A stretch of 16,079 nt of DNA, taken from positions 10,149-26,227 of the forward strand of contig JBDZWC010000031.1 in the NCBI GenBank assembly GCA_040256005.1, read 5' to 3'. This document shows, in pieces, positions 8,040 through 16,079 of the stretch (position 1 is its first letter; each line of letters opens with the position of its first letter). The notes below the pieces were generated by a model. That model was not told where the DNA came from and did no database searches. It saw only the letters and a list, made by a program, of their open reading frames with translations. A program made the translations under genes and the position numbers. Origin of the DNA: Deinococcaceae bacterium. GTDB taxonomy: Bacteria > Deinococcota > Deinococci > Deinococcales > Trueperaceae.

Positions 8040-9508
8040 AGGTAACCACGCGTGAGGAAGCGGCGCAGACAGGGAACCTAGAGCAGACGCTGGCGCGCCT
8101 TGGCGCAGCGTTGGACGACTACTTGCGTTTCGAGCACCCGGACCCGCTACGGTCTACGGAGGCCTGGAAGGCAACGCTAGACCGGCCGGTGCCGGAGCAC
8201 GGCGTCGGCCTCGCAGAGGTAGAGCGCGAGCTCATCGAGGTCGTGATCCCGAACGGCTCGGCCATACCCAAGCCGGGGTTCACCGGGTTCATCACGACCG
8301 GCGGCACCACCGCTTCCACGCTCGCCACCACCGCGGCCAACGTTGCCTCACCGCAGCGTTACACGCTCACGGCGTTCAACTTCCTCGAGGAGCTGTCGCT
8401 GCGATGGCTGGGGCAGATGTTGCTTCTCGACGGCTTCGAGGGCGTTTACAGCAGTGGGGGATCCACCGCCAACCTGCTGGCCCTCGGCGCAGCCAGGCAA
8501 AGGGCGTTCGAACAGGTGGGGCGCGACCCAGGAGCGGACGGCGTGGACAGGCCCACGGCGGTGTTCGCGACGGCCGAGGCCCACCACACGGTGCAGAGGG
8601 CAGCGGGCGTACTGGGACTGGGGCGCCGGGCGGTGCGCATCGTGGCGACGGACTCCGAGGGTCGCATGGACGTCCGCGACCTTCGTCACCGCGTACAGGT
8701 CGAGAAGAGCGCGGGCGTCCTCCCCGTCGCGATCGTCGCGACGGCCGGTACCACCAACACGGGCGCGATCGACCCGCTGCGCGAGGTACTGGCCGTGGCT
8801 CGCGATGAGGGCGTGTGGCTGCACGTGGACGGCGCGTACGGGCTTCCCGGCCTCCTCGACGAGCGCAAGGCCAGCCTCTACGACGGCCACGCCGAGGCCG
8901 ACTCAGTCATCATTGACCCGCACAAGTGGCTGGGCGCTTCCGTGGGCGTGGCGGCCACCTTCGTGAAGGACCGCTCTTTGCTCGAGCGTGCTTTCACCCA
9001 GACGCCAGCCGACTACCTGGAAGGCAACGTGGAAGCCGGCGGCCAGGATGCTTCCATCGAGCACTCCATGGACCACTTCGGCATCCCGTACTTCGACTAC
9101 AGCGTGGAGCTGAGCGCCCCCGCCCGCGGCGTCGTGGTGTGGGCCATGCTGCGTGAGATCGGCGTCGAGGGGATCAGGGACCGGGTGCGTCGTCACAACG
9201 ACATGGCTCAGCACATCGCGGACGTAGCCAAGGGGCATCCCAACCTGGAGCTTCTGCTGGAGCCGACGCTCTCGATCTGCTGCTTCCGTTACGTGGACCC
9301 GCGGGTCACCGACCTCGATGAACTCAACGGCCGCCTCTACAGGCGCCTCGTGCGCGAGAACCGCAACCTGCCCAGCACGACGCGCGTGAACGGCGTGCTG
9401 GCCCTGCGCCCTTGCTTCATCGGCGCCCGCACCGGCTTCGAACAGGCAGAATCGCTCGTCGATGACGTGCTACGGCTCGGGGCGCAGCTCGTGGCCGAGA
9501 GGAGTTAA
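8036..9508 (+). CDS. Group II PLP-dependent amino-acid decarboxylase (aromatic-L-amino-acid/glutamate decarboxylase family; 490 aa)
   Basis: 'SGGSTANL', 'AHHTV.RA', 'ATAGTTNTGAIDPL', 'WLHVDGAYG' and PLP-lysine motif 'DPHKWL'. ATGA overlap with the MFS stop. Confidence 0.92.
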   Translation: MKVTTREEAAQTGNLEQTLARLGAALDDYLRFEHPDPLRSTEAWKATLDRPVPEHGVGLAEVERELIEVVIPNGSAIPKPGFTGFITTGGTTASTLATTAANVASPQRYTLTAFNFLEELSLRWLGQMLLLDGFEGVYSSGGSTANLLALGAARQRAFEQVGRDPGADGVDRPTAVFATAEAHHTVQRAAGVLGLGRRAVRIVATDSEGRMDVRDLRHRVQVEKSAGVLPVAIVATAGTTNTGAIDPLREVLAVARDEGVWLHVDGAYGLPGLLDERKASLYDGHAEADSVIIDPHKWLGASVGVAATFVKDRSLLERAFTQTPADYLEGNVEAGGQDASIEHSMDHFGIPYFDYSVELSAPARGVVVWAMLREIGVEGIRDRVRRHNDMAQHIADVAKGHPNLELLLEPTLSICCFRYVDPRVTDLDELNGRLYRRLVRENRNLPSTTRVNGVLALRPCFIGARTGFEQAESLVDDVLRLGAQLVAERS

Positions 9509-9666
9509 TGATGAGGTTCCTGCAATCCCTTTTCGGCGCGGTGGTGGCCGCGGCGCTCATCTACCTGGCGTTCATCATCGGCACCGTGATCCTGAAGGTG
9601 CTGCTCGGGCTCGTTGCGATCGCCGTCGTCGTGCTCGTGATCATGCGCCTGCTGCGGCGCCGGTGA
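9508..9666 (+). CDS. Small hydrophobic membrane protein, 51-52 aa (MMRFLQSLFGAVVAAALIYLAFIIGTVILKVLLGLVAIAVVVLVIMRLLRRR); absent from ORF track
   Basis: TAATG overlap with the decarboxylase stop and an AGAGGAG SD at 9498-9504. GC3-rich codons. Long hydrophobic stretch with a basic C-terminal tail. Confidence 0.8.
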   Translation: MMRFLQSLFGAVVAAALIYLAFIIGTVILKVLLGLVAIAVVVLVIMRLLRRR

Positions 9667-9789
9667 GTCGGGCGGACGTGTAACGCCGACGTAACGAGCG
9701 CTTCCCGAGGATGTCCCCTGTTCGATGTCCCAACGGCAGGGCCGGCGCCAAGGCGCTGACCGTGGACCGAACGGGAAGGACGGCTCGGG

Positions 9790-11160
9790 ATGAACTCATC
9801 GAAGTGGCGATCTGGGACCAAGGCGGCCCTGCTGCTGGCCCTGGTGCTCTCCTTGGCGGCGTGCCAGACCGGCACCACCCCGCCTGAGGAGGAAGAAGGT
9901 TTCGGCTCGCTGGCGATCGCAGTCAGCGGCCTCCCCGCGGCCGCGGCCGCGAACGTGACGGTTACCGGCCCAGGCGGATTCAACGAGAACGTCACGACGA
10001 CTGATACCCTCGGCGGCTTGCCGGAGGGCAGCTACTCGATCGCGGTTGCGAACGTGACGGCCGGCGGCGTGGAGTACGCCGGGACCGCGAGCCCGGCCAA
10101 CGTGAACGTACAGGCGGACGACGTCGCCGTGACCGCGGTGACGTACACGGCGGTATCGACTGAGCCAGGCTCGCTCGAAGTGACGATCACCGGGCTGCCC
10201 GGTGGCGTCGACGCCGACGTAGACGTCAGCGGGCCGGACGGCTTCGCGGAGACGGCCACGGCGAGCGTCACGTTCGACGAGGTGGAGCCCGGCGTGTACA
10301 CGGTGACCGCGGCCCAGGTGGACGACGGCGGGGACGTCTACGCGCCCACCGTCACCGGCTCGCCAGCCACGGTCAGCGCCGGCGGGTCCGCCCAGGTGAG
10401 CGTCACGTATACGTTCCTCGATCCCGCCCAGACCGGGACGCTCCAGGTCGACATATCCGGCCTGCCGGGAGGCGTGTCAGCCGACGTGGACGTCACTGGC
10501 CCGGGCTTCGCCGAGACGCTCGCGGCCAGCGAGACCTTCGCCGGGCTGACTCCCGGGTTCTACGACACCGTGGCCAACGACGTGGTCGACGGAGGCCTCA
10601 CGTACACGGCGACCGTGGAGCCGTCTTCGGCTTTGGTCATCCCCGATGCCACCACGGTCGTGCAGGTCACCTACCTCCCCGTGGCGCCGAACGACGGTGA
10701 CTCCGCCTCCGTTCCCGGCCTCTCGGCACGGCTCCGCAACACGGGCGGCGCGCCGGTCTCCGTCGACCAGCTCCTGTTCAACGACCCTGCCGACATCAAC
10801 GTCAAGGGGCTGCAGCTCAGCGAGCGTATCGGCGAGCCGGAGGACCCGGGCGACTTCATCCTCTTCGAGTTGGTCCACGGCGAGGGCGAGGTCTCTTCCG
10901 TCGAGTTCACGCTCGAGTGCTCGGAGCCGAGCTCGCCCAGCCCGATCAAGGCGGAGCTGCGCAACGAGGACGGCGCCAAGCTTGGCACGACGATCACCTG
11001 CGGCCAGACGAAGAGCATCGCGATCCCGACGGAAGGTGGCACCCCCTCCTACCTCCTATCGATACTGCCGAACTTCACGGAGCCGTACTACACGGAGTAC
11101 GTGCTGTCCATCGACGCGTTCTGCTTCCAGGCCTGCGTCTACCAGCCCTACGAGCCCTAG
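9790..11160 (+). CDS. Surface lipoprotein with three Ig/beta-sandwich-like repeats and a Cys-containing C-terminal domain (456 aa)
   Basis: Signal peptide with lipobox LAA-C25, followed by three ~88-aa repeats 'G(S/T)L.(I/V).(V/I).GLP....A.V.V(T/S)GP.GF......G.Y'. Confidence 0.85.
   Translation: MNSSKWRSGTKAALLLALVLSLAACQTGTTPPEEEEGFGSLAIAVSGLPAAAAANVTVTGPGGFNENVTTTDTLGGLPEGSYSIAVANVTAGGVEYAGTASPANVNVQADDVAVTAVTYTAVSTEPGSLEVTITGLPGGVDADVDVSGPDGFAETATASVTFDEVEPGVYTVTAAQVDDGGDVYAPTVTGSPATVSAGGSAQVSVTYTFLDPAQTGTLQVDISGLPGGVSADVDVTGPGFAETLAASETFAGLTPGFYDTVANDVVDGGLTYTATVEPSSALVIPDATTVVQVTYLPVAPNDGDSASVPGLSARLRNTGGAPVSVDQLLFNDPADINVKGLQLSERIGEPEDPGDFILFELVHGEGEVSSVEFTLECSEPSSPSPIKAELRNEDGAKLGTTITCGQTKSIAIPTEGGTPSYLLSILPNFTEPYYTEYVLSIDAFCFQACVYQPYEP
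9904..10674 (+). repeat. Three tandem intragenic domain repeats starting at 9904, 10168 and 10435
   Basis: GSLAIAVSGLP / GSLEVTITGLP / GTLQVDISGLP, spaced 88 and 89 codons apart, each ending in VTY. Confidence 0.85.
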
Positions 11161-11183
11161 GCTCGCCCCACGCAGACCTGACG

Positions 11184-11214
11184 CCGCCCCGGCCGAGACC
11201 TTCGGCCGGGGCGG
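11184..11214. terminator. 13-bp perfect stem-loop between convergent genes (probable bidirectional terminator)
   Basis: CCGCCCCGGCCGA-gacct-TCGGCCGGGGCGG between the lipoprotein and mgtE stops. No long U tract. Confidence 0.7.
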
Positions 11215-11215
11215 T

Positions 11216-12613
11216 TCACAACAGCGTCCCTGTCAGCACCAGCTTCGCCAGCAGGAAGAAGATCACGATCCCCACCACGTCCACGATGGTGGCGACGAAG
11301 GGCGTTGACGACGCCGCCGGGTCGGCGCCGAAGCGCTTGAGGACGATGGGCAGCAGCGAGCCGGTGAGCGAGCCCCACAGCACCACCCCGACCAGCGCCA
11401 GCAGCACGACGAGTCCTATCAGCGGCCACTGCGGCCCGTATGCCTCGAGGAACGCGCCCCAGATCGCCACCCTCAGGAACCCGAGCACGCCCAGCAGCAG
11501 CCCCAGCGCGAGCCCCGCGATCAGCTCGCGTCGGGCGATCTCCCACCAGTCGCGCACGGTCACCTCGCCCAGCGCGATCGCGCGGGTGACCAGCGCAGCG
11601 GCCTGCGAGCCCGAGTTCCCGCCCGAGGAGATGATCAGCGGGAGGAACAGCGCCAGCACGACGGCGCTGGCGATCTCCGACTCGAAGAGCCCCAGAGCCG
11701 TCGCGGTCAGCGTCTGACCCACGAACAGCAGCACCAGCCAGAAGGCGCGCTTGCGCACCATCTTCAGCAGCGACACCTTGAGGTAGGGCTCTTCCAGGGC
11801 GGACACACCGCCGAGCATCTGGATGTCCTCGGTGGCCTCCTCCTCGGCCACGTCGAGGACGTCGTCCACCGTCACGATCCCGACGAGGATGCCTTGACTG
11901 TCCGTGACGGGCAGGGCTGACCTGTCGTGCTTGCGGAACTCCGCGACCGCCACCTCCTGGTCGTCCGACGCCTTGAGGGACACGTAGCGCTCGTCCATCA
12001 GGTCGGCGATCTTGGTCTCGGGGTCCACTAGGAGCAGCTCGCGCATCCGCAGGTCGTCGATGAGCCTGCCGCCCGGGGCGGTCACGTAGACGACGTTGAG
12101 GGTCTCCGAGTCCTTGCCGTAGACGCGGACGTGCTCGAGCGTCCTGGCCACGGTCCAGTGCGGCTTGGCGGCCACGTAGTCCGGCGTCATGAGGCGTCCG
12201 ATGGACTCCTCCGGGTACCCGAGGAGGCGCGTGGCCACGCGGCGCTCGTCCTCGTCGAGCAGGTTGAGGAGTCGCTTCGTGACCTCTCCCGGCAGCTCCT
12301 CGAGCAGCGCGGTGCGGTCGTCGGGAGACATCTCGTTGAGGACGTCGGCGACCTCGCTCTCCCCCATGCTCCGCAGCAACGCCTCCTGGTCGTTCAGGTC
12401 GAGGTACTCGAACACGTCCCTGGCGAGCTGCCTGGGCAGCACCCGGTACGCCACCGCCTCGGCGTCGTGTTCCATGTGCCTGAACACCTCGGCGAGGTCC
12501 TGCACCTGGAGCTCCGACAGCCGTCGCCTCACCTCGACGAGGCGCCTCTGGGCGACGAGCTGAGTCGTCTCCTCGGCCAGGGCCTGCGTGTCGCTTACCA
12601 GGTCAACGGGCAT
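11216..12613 (-). CDS. mgtE: Magnesium transporter MgtE (~465 aa; start probably 12613)
   Basis: MgtE N-domain 'MSPDDRTALLEELP', 'LLGYPEESIGRLMTPDYV', CBS pair 'LVGIVTVDDVLDV..EEATEDI', 'SSGGNSGSQ' and 'ADPA.SSTPFVATIVDVVG'. Confidence 0.95.
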   Translation of the reverse strand: MPVDLVSDTQALAEETTQLVAQRRLVEVRRRLSELQVQDLAEVFRHMEHDAEAVAYRVLPRQLARDVFEYLDLNDQEALLRSMGESEVADVLNEMSPDDRTALLEELPGEVTKRLLNLLDEDERRVATRLLGYPEESIGRLMTPDYVAAKPHWTVARTLEHVRVYGKDSETLNVVYVTAPGGRLIDDLRMRELLLVDPETKIADLMDERYVSLKASDDQEVAVAEFRKHDRSALPVTDSQGILVGIVTVDDVLDVAEEEATEDIQMLGGVSALEEPYLKVSLLKMVRKRAFWLVLLFVGQTLTATALGLFESEIASAVVLALFLPLIISSGGNSGSQAAALVTRAIALGEVTVRDWWEIARRELIAGLALGLLLGVLGFLRVAIWGAFLEAYGPQWPLIGLVVLLALVGVVLWGSLTGSLLPIVLKRFGADPAASSTPFVATIVDVVGIVIFFLLAKLVLTGTLL

Positions 12614-12699
12614 ACCGGCCGGTATGGTAATCCGAGCACCGTCCACCGGCTTCGTGGGCAACTGCATACGGTGCAGGACGACGCCTATGAAACAATGCA

Positions 12700-12729
12700 T
12701 TGACTCAGCGCCAGGGGCGTAACTAGTCT
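12700..12729 (+). promoter_or_regulatory. Sigma70-type promoter TTGACT-N18-TAGTCT for the small lipoprotein gene
   Basis: -35 at 12700-12705, -10 at 12724-12729, AGGAGG SD at 12738-12743 before GTG 12749. Confidence 0.6.
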
Positions 12730-12748
12730 CGGCGCTTAGGAGGACATA

Positions 12749-13111
12749 GTGAAGCGTCTCGCCTGGTTGATCTTCGGCCTCGTGGCCTTGGCCTTGAGCG
12801 CCTGCGCACCGACCGCCACCGTCAAGAACGACGTGATCCCCACGCTGTTCTCGGTCACGGTGCCCGACAGCCCCGGCGGCACCGTCGTCCTGCAGGGCCG
12901 CTACTTCGGTGACGGCTTCGGCGGTCAGGCCGACAACAGCTTCATCCTCGTCGGCGCCGACGTGAACGGCGACGGCGGCATCATGGCGGAGGCCACCTCC
13001 TGGTCCCCCAACCGCATCGAGTTCGTGGCGCCAGAGCGCGCCGGTTCGGGTTTCGTGTTCGTCGTCGTCAACGGCGTGCGCAGCAACGGGCTACCGGCGA
13101 ACCTGCCCTAA
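12749..13111 (+). CDS. Small lipoprotein with IPT/TIG-like beta-sandwich domain (120 aa)
   Basis: Lipobox LSA-C. 'TVVLQGRYFG', 'SWSPNRIEFVAP..AGSGFVFVVVNGVRSN' follow the IPT/TIG pattern. Strong SD. Confidence 0.8.
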   Translation: MKRLAWLIFGLVALALSACAPTATVKNDVIPTLFSVTVPDSPGGTVVLQGRYFGDGFGGQADNSFILVGADVNGDGGIMAEATSWSPNRIEFVAPERAGSGFVFVVVNGVRSNGLPANLP

Positions 13112-13137
13112 CGTCCTCCAGCACGAGTGACCGCACG

Positions 13138-13168
13138 GCGGGCGGCCCAGGGCCGCCCGCTTCTCGTT
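13138..13168 (+). terminator. Intrinsic terminator after small lipoprotein gene
   Basis: GCGGGCGGCC-cag-GGCCGCCCGC followed by TTCTCGTT. Confidence 0.7.
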
Positions 13169-13173
13169 GGTCG

Positions 13174-13179
13174 TACACT
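13174..13179 (+). promoter_or_regulatory. Candidate -10 box (TACACT) for near-leaderless hisS-aspS transcript
   Basis: TANNNT 8 nt before ATG 13188, no SD, immediately downstream of a terminator. Confidence 0.5.
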
Positions 13180-13187
13180 CGTCCGTC

Positions 13188-14450
13188 ATGAAGCTGACTT
13201 CCGTCAAAGGGACCCACGACGTCCTGCCTGAGCAACAAGCGGCCTGGAGCGCGATCATCGCGGCCGCGGAGCGGGTGCTGAGCAACGCCGGCGCCGGCCA
13301 CATCACGGTCCCCATGTTCGAGCACGCCGAGGTCTTCGAGAAGAGCGTCGGCGAGTCCTCAGACATCGTGGTCAAGAAGGAGATGTACGTCTTCGACGAC
13401 CGCGGGGGCCGCCGCCTGGCGCTGCGCCCCGAGCTCACGGCCGGCCTCATGCGGGCGTTCTCCGAGCACGGCATGCACACCCGCCCCTCCCCGGTGAAGC
13501 TGTGGAGCTGGGGCCCAGCGTTCCGCGCCGAGAACGTCCAGCGCGGCCGCTACCGCCAGTTCCACCAGATCGACTACGAGGTCGTTGGCAGCGACTCCGC
13601 CCTGGCCGACGCCGAGGCCGTGCAGCTCATGTACACGGTGCTGGCCGCATGCGGCCTCAAGGGCCACGTGATGATGGTGGGCTCGGTGGGTGACCCGGAG
13701 GACGCCGCCGCCTACAACGCCTACCTCCGTGAGCAGCTCGGGCCCAGGTCCTCCGAGCTGTCCGAGGTCAGCCGCGAACGCCTGCGCCTCAACCCCATGC
13801 GCGTGTTCGACAGCAAAGAGGCCGAGGACCAGGAGATCGTCGCGGGCCTCGACCGCCCGCTAGACCGGCTGGGCGAGCCCGCCCGCGCGCACTTCGAGGA
13901 GGTGTGTAGGTACCTGGAAGCCTGGGATGTCCCATACGAGGTGGACAGGAGCATCGTGCGGGGCCTCGACTACTACCGGCGCACGGCGTTCGAAGCGCAC
14001 CACAAGGACATCGGCGCGCAGTCCGCGCTGGGTGGCGGCGGCCGCTACGACGGCCTGCTCAAGCTACTCGGTGGCCCCGACCTCCCCGCGACGGGCTGGG
14101 CGTTCGGCCTGGAGCGCATCGCCGACGCGCTCCTCCAGGAGGCCGCCGGCGACATGACGGACGACGGTGGGCCCAGCCTGTTCCTCGTCCCGTTGGACGC
14201 CGCGGCCGTCGCCGAGGCTGCGGACCTGGCGATGGCGCTACGGAGCGTGGGCCGCGTGGAGTTCTCCTACCAGCGCCGGGCGCCGGGCAAGGGGTTGGCC
14301 GAGGCCGACAGGCGGGGGGCGACCCACGCCGCCCTGCGCGGCCAGAGCGAGCGCGACGCCGGCACGTGGCAGCTCAAGGACCTGCGCTCCGGTGAGCAGC
14401 GGCAGGTGAGCCAGGACGAGCTCAGGGCCCTGCTAGAGTCCGCGGCATGA
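13188..14450 (+). CDS. hisS: Histidine--tRNA ligase (420 aa)
   Basis: 'VKGTHD.LP', '[13 protein letters not shown]', 'LRPELTA', '[16 protein letters not shown]', 'VRGLDYY', 'GGGRYDGL' and 'GWAFGLERI'. Confidence 0.97.
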   Translation: MKLTSVKGTHDVLPEQQAAWSAIIAAAERVLSNAGAGHITVPMFEHAEVFEKSVGESSDIVVKKEMYVFDDRGGRRLALRPELTAGLMRAFSEHGMHTRPSPVKLWSWGPAFRAENVQRGRYRQFHQIDYEVVGSDSALADAEAVQLMYTVLAACGLKGHVMMVGSVGDPEDAAAYNAYLREQLGPRSSELSEVSRERLRLNPMRVFDSKEAEDQEIVAGLDRPLDRLGEPARAHFEEVCRYLEAWDVPYEVDRSIVRGLDYYRRTAFEAHHKDIGAQSALGGGGRYDGLLKLLGGPDLPATGWAFGLERIADALLQEAAGDMTDDGGPSLFLVPLDAAAVAEAADLAMALRSVGRVEFSYQRRAPGKGLAEADRRGATHAALRGQSERDAGTWQLKDLRSGEQRQVSQDELRALLESAA

Positions 14451-15897
14451 CCCGGACCCACATGTGCGGGGAGCTGCGTGCCGGTGACGACGGTTCCAGC
14501 GTCGTCCTCCAGGGCTGGGTGAACCGGCGGCGCGACCTGGGCGGCCTGGTGTTCCTGGACCTGCGTGACCGCACCGGCATCGTGCAGGTGGTGGTGGAGC
14601 CCGACGCCGCCGAGGCGTTCGCGACGGCAGAAGCGGTCCGCAGCGAGTTCGTGGTGACGGTGAGCGGCACAGTGCGCCTGCGGCCGGAGAGCCAGCGGGG
14701 CAAGACGGGCACGGGCGACGTCGAGGTGGTCGCGGTTAGCCTGACCGTTCTGTCTATCGCCAAGACGCCGCCGTTCCTCGTCGACGGCAGCGTCGACGCG
14801 TCTGAGGTAGCCGAGGACATACGGCTGCGCTACCGCTACCTCGACCTGCGACGACCGGAGGCTCTGCGGCCGCTGCTGTTGCGGCACAGGGCCACGAAGG
14901 CCATCTGGGACTACCTCGACGCGCGGGGCTTCGTACAGGTGGAGACCCCTCTGCTGACGCTGAGCACGCCCGAGGGCGCCCGTGACTACGTCGTACCGTC
15001 GCGCCTCTCGCCCGGCTCCTTCTACGCGCTGCCGCAATCGCCCCAGCTCTTCAAGCAGCTGCTGATGATGTCCGGCGTCGACCGCTACTTCCAGATCGCC
15101 AGGTGCTTCCGCGACGAGGACCTGCGTGCCGACAGGCAGCCGGACTTCACGCAGGTGGACATCGAGATGTCGTTCGTGTCCCAGGACGACGTGCTGGAGC
15201 TCAACGAGGGTCTCATGGCCCACGTCGTGAAGCACACCCTGGACCGAGAGATACGGACGCCTTTCCCACGCGTCTCCTACCGCGAGGCGCTGGACCGCTA
15301 CGGCTCCGACAAGCCCGACCTCCGCTTCGGTCTAGAGCTGCGGGACCTCACCCAGGCGTTCGAGGGCTCCGAGTTCAAGGCGTTCGCCGGGGCCGTGGCG
15401 AACGGCGGGGCGGTGAAGGCGCTCGCCGTGGACTTGGCCCTGGCCGAGCCCCTCTCCCGCAAGGTCTTGGCCGAGCTCGAGGAGCTCGCCAAGGTACATG
15501 GCGCCGCCGGCCTCGCGTGGTTGAGACGCGTCCAGGACGGCTTCTCGGGACCCATCGCCAAGTTCATGGGCGACGCCGAGCGCGCAGAGCTCGAGCGCCT
15601 CGCCCCGAACGTGGGCGACATGTTGCTGCTGGCTGCCGGCCCGTGGACGACGACCTGCACAGCCGTGGGCGCCGTCAGGAGCCGCCTGGGCACGCTCCTC
15701 GACCTCAGGCCGGACGCGGACGAGCTCAACTTCCTGTGGGTCGTTGACTTCCCGCTGCTCGACCGCACCGACGACGGCGGCTGGACGTACATGCACCACC
15801 CGTTCGCCAGGCCCCATGACGACGATCTGTACCTGCTGGAGTCGGACCCCGGCGCCGTCAGGGCGTACGCCTACGACATGGTCCTGAACGGCAACGA
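14447..15897 (+). CDS. aspS: Aspartate--tRNA ligase, truncated at about codon 483 (C-terminal part including motif 3 missing in this window)
   Basis: 'RTHMCGEL', '[19 protein letters not shown]', '[11 protein letters not shown]', 'TPEGARDY', '[13 protein letters not shown]', '[13 protein letters not shown]', 'YGSDKPDLR', 'HHPF' and 'AYDMVLNG'. The expected 'E.GGGS.RIH' does not follow. ATGA overlap with hisS. Confidence 0.95.
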
Positions 15898-16079
15898 CAA
15901 GGAGCTCAGCGCAACGTGCTGCTGCAAGGATTCTGGAAGAGCAAAGTGTGAACTTTTATAAAGACTTATTACACTTCTCTTGTAAACCAAGAAGGGAGCC
16001 ATCTCGATACCCTCCAGCCACGGTAGAAGCAGCTGGGAGGGCAATCACGCCCTTGTTGCTCACAAAACTTGCAATGAAA
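15898..16079. other. Compositionally foreign terminal segment (~48% GC) fused to aspS
   Basis: Hand count 87 G+C in 182 nt. AspS similarity is lost abruptly and an in-frame TAA occurs at 15959-15961. Confidence 0.8.

Noticed and set aside
12614..12748. M-box (ykoK) riboswitch upstream of mgtE
   Set aside because: The region is only about 135 nt, is shared with a divergent promoter and shows no recognisable M-box sequence.
15898..16079. Group II intron or IS element in aspS; Cys-rich AspS C-terminal extension
   Set aside because: There is no GTGYG at the junction and no terminal repeat or transposase is visible. The 'TCCCK' tail is simply read-through into foreign sequence.
1..16079. CRISPR array, tRNA/rRNA, integrase or transposase
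   Set aside because: No regularly spaced repeats, cloverleafs or recombinase motifs were seen, and intergenic gaps are all short.

Overview
High-GC (roughly 70% by eye) bacterial DNA, most consistent with Deinococcota (Truepera/Deinococcus-like). This assignment is inferred from tandem hisS-aspS, Ig-like repeat lipoproteins and several apparently leaderless genes with TANNNT boxes just upstream of the start. Left to right: (i) a patch of small accessory genes (DUF4287/DUF5655-like, SAM methyltransferase, squalene-cyclase-like toroid protein with an apparent inserted XRE-type HTH, SnoaL-like, DUF1801, DUF1579-like); (ii) a tightly coupled five-gene operon encoding a split PEP-synthase/rifampin-phosphotransferase-like dikinase (ATP-grasp subunit plus substrate/phospho-His subunit), an MFS exporter, a group II PLP decarboxylase and a 52-aa membrane peptide missed by the ORF track, which is the best candidate for an undescribed small-molecule modification/export system; (iii) a three-repeat lipoprotein, mgtE, a small lipoprotein, hisS and aspS. 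aspS breaks off at about 15897 into 182 nt of unrelated sequence (~48% GC), most likely a chimeric junction or an insertion. No rRNA, tRNA, CRISPR array or transposase was recognised. All family calls are from motif recognition, not database searches.
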